Positions 19,805 to 28,448 of a stretch of 64,000 nucleotides of DNA are shown here, piece by piece (the first letter of the stretch is position 1; each line of letters starts with the position of its first letter). A program made the translations under genes and the position numbers. The notes under the pieces were generated by a model. The model was given only the letters and a program-made list of their open reading frames with translations, was not told the origin of the DNA and searched no databases. The stretch comes from an uncultured Fibrobacteraceae bacterium (GTDB taxonomy: Bacteria; Krumholzibacteriota; Krumholzibacteriia; LZORAL124-64-63), in contig CAYTFE010000004.1 in the NCBI GenBank assembly GCA_964437115.1, positions 1,942-65,941 on the forward strand. The letters are read 5' to 3'.

Positions 19805-21076
19805 TCAAGTACCAGCTGAGTAATCGGAATCGTAATCGATCTGTTCCTGAGTCAGCTCATCCATATCAAGACCCATTGTCGACAACTTGATACCAGCAAT
19901 CATCTGGTCCTGCTCTACAGGAATATCATGGACATCAGCTGATAGATCTCTGCCTTCTTCAGACAATCTGACCATTGAGAGGAACTGGTTGGCAAATGAC
20001 ATGTCCATAACTTCACTTGGATGACCTTCAGCTGCAGCAAGGTTGATTAATCTTCCTTGAGCAAGCAGATAGATTCTTCTGCCATCTTCCATTGTGTACT
20101 CTTGACAATTTGGTCTGATTTCACGTTTTGAAACAGCAAGTTCTTCAAGATCAGTGATATTGATTTCACAGTCATAGTGACCTGTGTTACAGACAATTGC
20201 TCCATCGCGCATAACTTCAAAATGCCTTTTTACAATAACATCTTTCATGCCTGTAGCGGTTATGAATATATCGCCAACTGCTGCAGCTTTATCCATCGGT
20301 AGAACTTCGTGGCCTTCAAGAGTAGCTTTCAGAGCGGCAGTAGCTTTGACTTCTGTTGCTATAACGTTTGCACCAAGGCCGGCTGCGCGCATCGCACAAC
20401 CTTTTCCACAGTGACCGTAACCTGCAACAACAAAGTTTTTGCCTGCAATCAGTACTGATGTTGCACGAATGATTCCATCAAGACTTGATTGGCCTGTGCC
20501 GTAGACATTGTCGAAATCCCATTTTGTTTCTGCATCGTTGACTGCGATAACAGGATATTTCAAAGCGCCATCATCAGCCATTGCGCGAAGTCTGTGGATA
20601 CCGGTTGTGGTTTCTTCTGTACCACCGATAATTCCATCGAACAGGTTCTGGTGTTTATTATGAACACGGAAAATAAGATCGGCACCATCATCCAGAGTCA
20701 AGGTTGGCCTGAAGTCCAGAGTACGGTCTATACACCAGTAGAATTCCTCAGTATTCATACCGTGCCATGCGTAAATGGAAATACCCTGGTCAGCAAGTGC
20801 TGCAGCGATATCGTCCTGAGTTGAAAGAGGATTACAACCAGACCAGCTTATATCAGCACCAGCTGCTGCAAGAGTTCTGATAAGAACTGCAGTTTCTTTA
20901 GTTACATGCAGGCAACCAGCAATTTTCATCCCTTTTAGCGACTGCAATTTTGCATGTTTTTCACGCAAGGCCATCATTACAGGCATACGGCTTTCGGCCC
21001 AGTCGATCTTCATTTTGCCAGCTTCAACAAGCGACATATCTGCAACTTTGTAGTTGGTTCCTTCAGCAGTTTTCAA
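19805..21076 (-). CDS. ahcY: Adenosylhomocysteinase
   Basis: 423 aa; strong SAHH motifs. The initiator appears to be TTG (revcomp of 21074-21076) with a GGAGG SD 8 nt upstream. Confidence 0.95.
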   Translation of the reverse strand: MKTAEGTNYKVADMSLVEAGKMKIDWAESRMPVMMALREKHAKLQSLKGMKIAGCLHVTKETAVLIRTLAAAGADISWSGCNPLSTQDDIAAALADQGISIYAWHGMNTEEFYWCIDRTLDFRPTLTLDDGADLIFRVHNKHQNLFDGIIGGTEETTTGIHRLRAMADDGALKYPVIAVNDAETKWDFDNVYGTGQSSLDGIIRATSVLIAGKNFVVAGYGHCGKGCAMRAAGLGANVIATEVKATAALKATLEGHEVLPMDKAAAVGDIFITATGMKDVIVKRHFEVMRDGAIVCNTGHYDCEINITDLEELAVSKREIRPNCQEYTMEDGRRIYLLAQGRLINLAAAEGHPSEVMDMSFANQFLSMVRLSEEGRDLSADVHDIPVEQDQMIAGIKLSTMGLDMDELTQEQIDYDSDYSAGT

Positions 21077-21144
21077 TCCAGAATCCTCCGGTTCAATTAT
21101 TAATCAATTCGCAGCAATCACAATCATCAATTAAACGGTGACTG

Positions 21145-22278
21145 TCAAGCTTTGGAGCGGGTTTGCAGGTACCAGATCAGGTCGGTCAGAGGGATAATTG
21201 GCATGGTTCTACCTAGTAAGTTCGACAGTTGACCAAGACAGCCAGCATTGGAAGTTATTGCCAGGTCGCTATTAGTGTCGGTCAGCATTTCTGCTTTGCG
21301 CTTTCCTGCCTGAATTGAAAGTTCTTTATGGAACAGAGTAAATGTTCCTCCACTTCCACAGCAAACTTCTGGTTCGTGAGGGTCTATAGCCTTAACGGAA
21401 GTTCCTAAAAGCTGCTTTGGCTCATCTACAATTTTTTGCCCATGCAGTGAATGACATGGGTAATGCATTGCAACTTTTAGCTGAGTTTTCATCAGCTCAA
21501 GGTTGAGTTTTGGTAGCAGCTGAGCTGCGTCGATTACTTTCTCTCCGGCATATTCCTTAAGCTCTCGTCCACAACCAGCAGCTTCAACCACTATGTAATC
21601 ACAATCTGTCTCCAGATTTTGTTTATGTTGAGTTTCTGCGAGCTGATGATTGTCAAGATGACTTGCAACTGCCCCGCAACAATTCCACGCGCGTGGAAAT
21701 TCGACTTCACATCCTGCTGATTGTAAAAGTTGAATCAATCTGTTTTGTGAGTTGGACAGCATTGTACTGTTCACACATCCAGGGAACAGCATTACTGATG
21801 GGCCGCAGACTGAGACCGACCTCCGCGCAACGGTTTTTTGACCAGCAAGGTCATCCAACATGGCAACCAGTTTTGCATCGGACATACTTCTGGGAGTAAC
21901 TTTTGAAGCGTGACCAAATCCCGAATCAGAAATTTTGGACAATGCGTTGAGTACTGCAGGACTGGAAAGTGGTTTTGCAAGTCGTGTTCTCCAGCCTGGA
22001 GCAGCTCTGCTTTTTCCCTGCTCAATCAAATCATATGGAACGCCACTTGGGCATGCCGATTCACACGCCAGACAACCGATACAACTATCCAGAGCAGCAA
22101 ATTGTTCACTGTCCGGTTCATTATTCTGCCAATGTTTCAGAAGTTGAAGCCTACCTCTTGGAGAAAGAACTTCGTTTCCTGTTACCAGATAAGTTGCACA
22201 ATGAGACAGGCACAATCCGCATTGAACACAGCTTTGCAGAAGTTTATCGAGTTTGGGGTTATTCATTGTTACCCCCAA
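21145..22278 (-). CDS. (Fe-S)-binding oxidoreductase subunit, GlcF-like (2x 4Fe-4S Cx2Cx2Cx3CP + 2 CCG domains)
   Basis: CVQCGLCLSHC and CIGCLACESACP ferredoxin motifs; CCG cysteine-rich domains (PRAWNCCG, EVCCGSGG). Confidence 0.8.
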   Translation of the reverse strand: MGVTMNNPKLDKLLQSCVQCGLCLSHCATYLVTGNEVLSPRGRLQLLKHWQNNEPDSEQFAALDSCIGCLACESACPSGVPYDLIEQGKSRAAPGWRTRLAKPLSSPAVLNALSKISDSGFGHASKVTPRSMSDAKLVAMLDDLAGQKTVARRSVSVCGPSVMLFPGCVNSTMLSNSQNRLIQLLQSAGCEVEFPRAWNCCGAVASHLDNHQLAETQHKQNLETDCDYIVVEAAGCGRELKEYAGEKVIDAAQLLPKLNLELMKTQLKVAMHYPCHSLHGQKIVDEPKQLLGTSVKAIDPHEPEVCCGSGGTFTLFHKELSIQAGKRKAEMLTDTNSDLAITSNAGCLGQLSNLLGRTMPIIPLTDLIWYLQTRSKA

Positions 22279-24004
22279 AAATCTTGCTCAATCCAACTGC
22301 AATGTATTCAGCTGTTTCAGATTCTCCGATTCCCCTAATTTCCGGGTTCAGCGTAAAAGTCACAGCTTTGATATCAGCCAACTTGCTGCCTGACAAGAGC
22401 TTCACCAGGTTATAACCTGCTACATCTTTTGTGACTCGTGCACCAGAATGGAACAGTTTGCCACAACTTTCAGCCCAAATTTCAAGTAGAACCAGACCAT
22501 TTTCAATTGCATCTGCTACTGTTGACTCCGGGTTGACTTTGTCAAAATCGATTGGCAAATCTTTCCATTTAACATCAACCGGAGTTGTGATTGCCTGGGC
22601 ATCTTTGTGAAGAATTACAGAATCAGGGATAGTCGAGCATTCAATTCCGCTACCTCTTTGAGGCAATGCCTTGCCTGGGTTACAAAGATTATTGGGATCA
22701 AACAGCTCCTTGATCTGGTACATGAACTCAACAGCGGTTTTATCAAGCTGCCACTCTGCCTGCTTCAGCTTCTCTATGCCGATGCCATGCTCACCGGTAA
22801 CTGAACCACCCAGCTCAACCGCTGCCCTGATAATTTCATCGGCAGCAAGCTCTGCTTCTTCCTTGTTGTCATTGTATAAAATACCTGGATGCAGATTGCC
22901 ATCACCTGCATGCATAACTGTTGCTACCTGGATATTATATTTTTCACCGACAGCTTCAACTTTCCTGACAATCTCAGGCAGCTTTCCAGGTGGAACTGTG
23001 ATATCCATTGTCACATAATGAGGAGCAATTCTGCCAACACCACCAAAAGCTCTGCGCCTGCATTGCCACAACTCTTCGCGTTGTTTTTTATCGGTTGTTG
23101 CTTTGACTGAAACAGCTCCGCAATCACGAAGAATCTGTTCCGCATGCTGTGCATCTGTGTCAGCAGTGTCGCCAGCAAATTCTACAATCAGAGCACCTGC
23201 ATGATCGGTTGGAAATCCAAATGCAAAAGCTTGCTCTACTACTTCGAGCATTTTTCTATCGACAAGTTCCAGCGCGACAGGCTGCAACAATTGCAATTTC
23301 ATTACCGAGCCAGCTGCATCGACAAGACTATCAAACATGGCAAGCAGTGTAGATTCTGAAATTGGGTTTGGTTGCAGCGAAAGAGTTGCATCGGTAATTA
23401 CACCCAGGGTCCCTTCACTTCCATGAAGCAATCCAAGCAGGTTCCTGTTTCTGGTATTATGAATATTTCCCGATGGATCAACCCACCGCAAGGCAAGCAC
23501 ATGGTCAACAGTCATTCCAACTTTCAGACAGTGTGGCCCGCCTGCATTTTCAGCAATATTGCCACCGATTACTGAAATGGAGCTGCTACCGGGGTCAGGT
23601 GCAAAATGCAGATTATGTTTCAGGCAATAGCGTGAGATGTGACTGTTGATTGCACCAACACCACACTCGACAGTTCTTTTTTCAGGATTACAGGGACCAA
23701 TTAAATTAAGTCTGGAAGTTGCAATAACAACTGAGTTTTCCTGTGGTAACGCACCGCCACTTAAGCCGGTTCCACTACCGCGAGCGACATACGCAACACC
23801 ATACTCATTGCACAGTTTTACAACCTGTGAAACCTGTTCTGCATTTTCCGGAAAGACAACAGCAAGCGGTTTGCCCAGCTGTAAATGAGAGGCATCTTCA
23901 GAATAAATCAGGGTTGTGGCAGAATCAGTATTACAGAAACCGGCACTGCTTATTGAGTGGAGTTTTTTTAGTAATCTATCCGTGTACTGCATCGCCATGC
24001 ACAT
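22259..24004 (-). CDS. FAD-binding oxidase GlcD-like (D-lactate/glycolate dehydrogenase family) with ~150-aa C-terminal extension
   Basis: FAD_binding_4 (GSGTGLSGGA..., GSEGTLGVIT) and FAD-linked oxidase C-terminal domain (NPGK); extra C-terminal segment repeats a degenerate VAGYNL..L.GSK motif. Confidence 0.8.
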   Translation of the reverse strand: MCMAMQYTDRLLKKLHSISSAGFCNTDSATTLIYSEDASHLQLGKPLAVVFPENAEQVSQVVKLCNEYGVAYVARGSGTGLSGGALPQENSVVIATSRLNLIGPCNPEKRTVECGVGAINSHISRYCLKHNLHFAPDPGSSSISVIGGNIAENAGGPHCLKVGMTVDHVLALRWVDPSGNIHNTRNRNLLGLLHGSEGTLGVITDATLSLQPNPISESTLLAMFDSLVDAAGSVMKLQLLQPVALELVDRKMLEVVEQAFAFGFPTDHAGALIVEFAGDTADTDAQHAEQILRDCGAVSVKATTDKKQREELWQCRRRAFGGVGRIAPHYVTMDITVPPGKLPEIVRKVEAVGEKYNIQVATVMHAGDGNLHPGILYNDNKEEAELAADEIIRAAVELGGSVTGEHGIGIEKLKQAEWQLDKTAVEFMYQIKELFDPNNLCNPGKALPQRGSGIECSTIPDSVILHKDAQAITTPVDVKWKDLPIDFDKVNPESTVADAIENGLVLLEIWAESCGKLFHSGARVTKDVAGYNLVKLLSGSKLADIKAVTFTLNPEIRGIGESETAEYIAVGLSKIFGGNNE

Positions 24005-25376
24005 CGTGAGTTGCTTCCATCAATGCTTCAGAAAGCGATGGATGCGGGTGAATGACTTTGCCCCAATCAACAGCTGTCATCTTTGCACCAAGTACAGTCA
24101 CAACTTCAGCAATCATGTCGGTGACATGTGGGCCGACCATATGTGCACCGAGAACAATATCCGTTTCAGCATCGGCAATTACTTTTACAAACCCCTGTGG
24201 TTTTCCCAGAATGCTCGCTTTACCGAGTGCTGAAAATGGAAACTTGCCGATTTTGAGTTTGTGGCCACGGTTAATTGCTTCTTCTTCTGTGAGACCAGTA
24301 GATGCAACTTCCGGGCTGCTGTATGTGCACGATGGGATAGCGTCGTAGTTTACTGGAGTTGGGTTGTTGTTTGTTATTGCATCGACTGCAACAATTGCTT
24401 CTGCTGTTGCAACGTGTGCAAGTTGTGGAGTAGCAACAATATCGCCGATTGCGTACAAGCCTGGTTCCGCAGTTTCCATATGAGCATCGGTCTGAATAAA
24501 TCCGTGCCTGTCTACAACAACATTGCAGTTTTCAAGACCAAGATTTTCAGTTACCGGTTTTCTGCCAGTAGCTACAAGCATGCAATCTGCTTCAACAGTC
24601 TGCTCTTCTTTGGTATCAACATTAACCAGAACTGCTGTTACCTTGTCGCCTGTTTCTACTGATACTGCGCGAGTTGCAGTGTGAACTTTTATCCGCTTGC
24701 GTTTGAGAGCTTGTTCAAGTTCTGCTGAAGCATCGGGATCTTCAATTGGCAGAACTCTTGGCAGCATTTCAATAAGCGTGACTTTTGTGCCGAAGGTTGC
24801 CAACAAATCTGCAAACTCTACTCCTACTGCACCGGCGCCAAGAATAATTATAGACTCTGGAAGTTCAGGTATGTTCAACAGATGAGTACTGGTCAGAATT
24901 TTGTTACCATCGGGAGTCACTCCTGGGATTGATGCGCTTTTAGAGCCAGTTGCCAGGATAATATTTTCAGCAGTCAATGTGTCATCGCCAACAACAACTT
25001 TGCCAGGTCCAGCAAGTTTTGCAGTTCCAGTAAATACGGTAACACCATGCTTTTCCATCAGCATTCCGATGCCCTTTGTACCTTTGGTAACTACCATTTC
25101 CTTGCGCTTGAGAACCTTTGCCCAATCGAACTCAACTCCGCTGGTTGTAATGCCAAACTGTCGGGCTGATTTTTTGCAGGTTTCATAAGTTTCAGCAGAT
25201 TGGATCAATGCTTTGGTAGGGATGCAACCTTTGAGAAGGCAAGTGCCACCCAATCGATCTTCTTTTTCAATCAGGATAGTTTTATAGCCAGCTTTTGCAC
25301 CTTTAACAGCTGCAGCATAACCGCCAGGACCTGCACCAATCACACACAAATCACATTTCATCTCTGACATTATCAA
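23976..25376 (-). CDS. lpdA: Dihydrolipoyl dehydrogenase
   Basis: 466 aa; CVIGAGPGGY, GGTCLLKGCIPTK redox-active disulfide, HPHP C-terminal interface motif. Confidence 0.9.
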   Translation of the reverse strand: MIMSEMKCDLCVIGAGPGGYAAAVKGAKAGYKTILIEKEDRLGGTCLLKGCIPTKALIQSAETYETCKKSARQFGITTSGVEFDWAKVLKRKEMVVTKGTKGIGMLMEKHGVTVFTGTAKLAGPGKVVVGDDTLTAENIILATGSKSASIPGVTPDGNKILTSTHLLNIPELPESIIILGAGAVGVEFADLLATFGTKVTLIEMLPRVLPIEDPDASAELEQALKRKRIKVHTATRAVSVETGDKVTAVLVNVDTKEEQTVEADCMLVATGRKPVTENLGLENCNVVVDRHGFIQTDAHMETAEPGLYAIGDIVATPQLAHVATAEAIVAVDAITNNNPTPVNYDAIPSCTYSSPEVASTGLTEEEAINRGHKLKIGKFPFSALGKASILGKPQGFVKVIADAETDIVLGAHMVGPHVTDMIAEVVTVLGAKMTAVDWGKVIHPHPSLSEALMEATHDVHGDAVHG

Positions 25377-25531
25377 ACCTCTTGGCTCAAAGGGTTAGTA
25401 AGTTAACAGGATGATAGCTTTGACTGGCAATGAAGTCAATTGACGACAACAGAGTTACTTCCTATTATTCAACGGACTTTACAACTACTGGCGCACTGTG
25501 CGCTTTAGCTCTATCTGCCTCGGGAGGCGTA

Positions 25532-26311
25532 ATGAAAATTGCAGTCTGTGTAAAACAGGTCCCCGACTCTGAAACCAGAATCAATTTAGCTGAACCATCG
25601 GCTGAGCTTGACAGGTCAGGTTTTACAAGAGTCCTGAATCCTTACGACGCATATGCCGTTGAAGAAGCTATTCAAATCAAGGAAAAACTTGGTGATGACA
25701 CTGAAGTAACTGCCATTATAATTGGCGGCGAACAGGTCATGGAATCGGTCAAAAAAGATTGTCTGGCTGTTGGTTGTGATAAAGCAATCCGCATTACAGA
25801 CGACTTTGATAATGCTGAAGCACTACAGATTGCCAAAGTTTTGACTGCTGTTGTGAAACGCGATGGCTACGACCTTGTTCTTTGTGGCAAGCAAGCTATT
25901 GACGATGACGATAGTCAGGTCGGCATAATGCTGGCAGAACTTTGTGACATGGCTCATGTGTCAGTTGTTACTGATCTTGAGTTTGACGGAGGCAACTTTA
26001 CTGCAACTCGTGAGATCGAGGGTGGTTCTGAAGTAGTCAAAGGTGCAACTCCAGCTCTTTTCACTTGTCAAAAAGGCCTCAATGAGCCTCGTCTGCCATC
26101 TCTGCCAAATATTATGAAAGCTGGTATGAAGCCTGTTGAACTTCTTACATGTGCAGACCTTGGTATTGAAGTACCAGCAGCTCACACTGAAATCACTACT
26201 TACATTCCTCCTGCTGAACGCGGAGAATGCAAGATAATCGAGAACGAAGATCCCGCTGCCGCAGCTCAGGAATTAGCCAAGCTGTTGCGCGAGGAAGCCA
26301 AAATCATCTAA
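25532..26311 (+). CDS. etfB: Electron transfer flavoprotein beta subunit
   Basis: MKIAVCVKQVPD start with GGGAGG SD; typical EtfB. The track ORF extends further upstream to 25430 (accessible ATG, not an unstopped frame). Confidence 0.9.
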   Translation: MKIAVCVKQVPDSETRINLAEPSAELDRSGFTRVLNPYDAYAVEEAIQIKEKLGDDTEVTAIIIGGEQVMESVKKDCLAVGCDKAIRITDDFDNAEALQIAKVLTAVVKRDGYDLVLCGKQAIDDDDSQVGIMLAELCDMAHVSVVTDLEFDGGNFTATREIEGGSEVVKGATPALFTCQKGLNEPRLPSLPNIMKAGMKPVELLTCADLGIEVPAAHTEITTYIPPAERGECKIIENEDPAAAAQELAKLLREEAKII

Positions 26312-26322
26312 CAGGAGGAATC

Positions 26323-27294
26323 ATGCCAAATATTGCCGTATTTATAGAACAGCGTGATGGAGAGGCCAAAAAGGTCGCCTGGCAGATGATTAATCATGCC
26401 AGAAAAATCACTGATGCATCAGGTGGAGAAGTCTGGGGAGTTTTCCTGGGCAAAGACGCTGGTGACAATGCTGCAGCTGCCGGTTCATGGGGTGCACACA
26501 AGCTGTTCACTGCCATCGACGAAAATCTTGCAGGCTACAACAGTGAACTTTATACAACAGCCGTTGCATCTTTCTGTAACGCACATAATCCTGACCTGGT
26601 TTTGATGGGCGCAACTGCAATGGGTAAAGATCTTGCCCCCCGTCTTGCTGCCAGAATGGATTGTGCTTGTGTAAGTGACAGCATCGATGTCAATTTTGAC
26701 AATGGCTTCACAGTTCGCAGACCTGTTTTTGCCGGTAAATGTTTTACTGATGTTACTGTAAAAAGCAGCACAGCGGTTGTTGGTATCAGACCAAACTCAT
26801 TCAATCTTGGTGAGCCTGGTAGTGACACTGCAACAGCAGAAACATTTGACCCTGGTATTGGTGAAGTAACTCCAAAGGCAACTGTTGCTGAAGTGAAAGC
26901 AACCTCCGGTGGAGCAATTGAACTTACTGAAGCTGATGTAATTGTTTCAGGTGGTCGTGGAATCAAAGAAGCTGACAACTATAAAATGATTGAAGAACTG
27001 GCTGGTGTGTTGAACGCTGGAACCGGAGCTTCTCGAGCCATTGTAGATGCCGGCTGGGTTGATCACTCCTTCCAGGTTGGACAGACAGGTAAAACAGTCA
27101 GCCCGAATCTTTATATTGCTTGTGGAATCAGTGGCGCAATTCAGCACCTTGCTGGAATGAGCTCATCCAAGTGCATTGTAGCAATCAACAAGGACAGCAA
27201 CGCGCCTATTTTCAAGGCTGCTACCTATGGTATTGTTGCTGATTTGTTTGAAGTTGTTCCTGCATTGAAAGAAGCTATCCAGTCTCTGGACTAG
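26323..27294 (+). CDS. etfA: Electron transfer flavoprotein alpha subunit
   Basis: Start MPNIAVFIEQ with AGGAGG SD; FAD-binding C-terminal domain (VSGGRGI, YIACGISGAIQH). Confidence 0.9.
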   Translation: MPNIAVFIEQRDGEAKKVAWQMINHARKITDASGGEVWGVFLGKDAGDNAAAAGSWGAHKLFTAIDENLAGYNSELYTTAVASFCNAHNPDLVLMGATAMGKDLAPRLAARMDCACVSDSIDVNFDNGFTVRRPVFAGKCFTDVTVKSSTAVVGIRPNSFNLGEPGSDTATAETFDPGIGEVTPKATVAEVKATSGGAIELTEADVIVSGGRGIKEADNYKMIEELAGVLNAGTGASRAIVDAGWVDHSFQVGQTGKTVSPNLYIACGISGAIQHLAGMSSSKCIVAINKDSNAPIFKAATYGIVADLFEVVPALKEAIQSLD

Positions 27295-27314
27295 TAACTT
27301 TCCAAATAGGTATG

Positions 27315-27350
27315 TCCCTGGTTCTACTTTAGAGCCAGGGATACTTTTTT
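27315..27350 (+). terminator. Rho-independent terminator after etfA
   Basis: tccctggttcta-cttt-tagagccaggga stem then tacTTTTTT; overlaps the last codons of the convergent gene. Confidence 0.6.
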
Positions 27351-28364
27351 AACGGCATTGTCTGCACCATCAACAAGCAGTTGCAGAATTTCAGCCATCG
27401 GCCGAACTTTTGCACATAAACCAACGGATTGCCCTGCCATCAACGAGCCATCTTTAACATTGCCGTCAACCGCACCGGTTTTCAGTGAGCCGATCCAGTA
27501 CTTTTCAACCTCGAACTGGGCATCCTGTCTGGATATATCGCCTGCTCGAAGTTTTTCAAGCAAGTCCATCTGCAACTCACCAAAATTATCCATCGCTTTA
27601 TTATTCAAAGCGCGAACTGCAACTACAGGAAGTTTACTGCTGTACTGAGGAGTTGAAACTGCTTGCCTTGAACGAGCTTTAATAAATGCATTTTTGAAAT
27701 TCTCATGTGCCACACATTCTTCTGCCAGAACAAACTGGGTTCCAAGCTGAACACCGGCTGCTCCCATCATGCACAAATGGCCAACCATTGCACCGTCGGC
27801 AATACCGCCAGCAACAAAAATTGGAAGTTTATCTGCATATTGGAACAGGATTTCCTGAAGCAACACAACTGTAGAAACATGACCAATATGTCCACCAGCC
27901 TCGCTGCCCTCAAGTACCAGAGCATCGGCACCGTAGCTGATCATTCTATCTGCCATTGAAGAAGTTGATGCAAAACATATAACTTTTGCGCCAGATGACT
28001 TTGCCTTTTCTACATCTTCACGACGAGGAATAGAGCCAGCAAAAACAATATGTGACATCTTTTTCTGGCAACAGATTTCCAGGTGGTCCTGATAAAAGGG
28101 TGCGATAACTATGATGTTAGCAGCAAAAGGTTTATCAGTAAGCTTACGGGTTTCATCAATAGATTCTGCAAGCATCTCAGGGGGCATATTTCCTGCTGCA
28201 AGCGATGCAAAACCACCATAATTACCTACCGTTGCAACCAGTTCAGGGTCACTTATCCAGGTCATTGCTCCACAGATTATAGGTAAATTAACTCCAAGAA
28301 ACTCCTGGCCTTTATGCCATAGTTTATCCATAGCTGGTGTTGACTGTATTGACTGCTTACTCAT
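27324..28364 (-). CDS. NAD(P)H-dependent flavin oxidoreductase, nitronate monooxygenase / FabK (enoyl-ACP reductase II) family
   Basis: TIM-barrel NMO family motifs (PIICGAMTWIS, VAGGIADG); start chosen at MSKQSIQ (GGAGG SD). Confidence 0.7.
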   Translation of the reverse strand: MSKQSIQSTPAMDKLWHKGQEFLGVNLPIICGAMTWISDPELVATVGNYGGFASLAAGNMPPEMLAESIDETRKLTDKPFAANIIVIAPFYQDHLEICCQKKMSHIVFAGSIPRREDVEKAKSSGAKVICFASTSSMADRMISYGADALVLEGSEAGGHIGHVSTVVLLQEILFQYADKLPIFVAGGIADGAMVGHLCMMGAAGVQLGTQFVLAEECVAHENFKNAFIKARSRQAVSTPQYSSKLPVVAVRALNNKAMDNFGELQMDLLEKLRAGDISRQDAQFEVEKYWIGSLKTGAVDGNVKDGSLMAGQSVGLCAKVRPMAEILQLLVDGADNAVKKVSLALK

Positions 28365-28379
28365 CTCATCCTCCATAAA

Positions 28380-28415
28380 ATAGAAAAGTCGCCGCCCATA
28401 TTTATGGGCGACGAC
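28380..28415 (-). terminator. Intergenic hairpin + U-tract between Fe-S oxidoreductase gene and FabK-like gene (terminator/attenuator)
   Basis: gtcgccgcccat-attt-atgggcgacgac (11/12 bp) followed on minus strand by UUUUCUAUUUU, then the GGAGG SD of the downstream gene. Confidence 0.5.
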
Positions 28416-28448
28416 AATATCCTACATCATTTGTCCGATTTAGCAAGG

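Noticed and set aside
25377-25531. Rex operator (TTGTGAA-N6-TTCACAA) upstream of etfBA / lpdA
   Set aside because: No match found by eye. Only the short GCGCACtGTGCGC and TTGACT/AGTCAA symmetry, reported separately at low interest.
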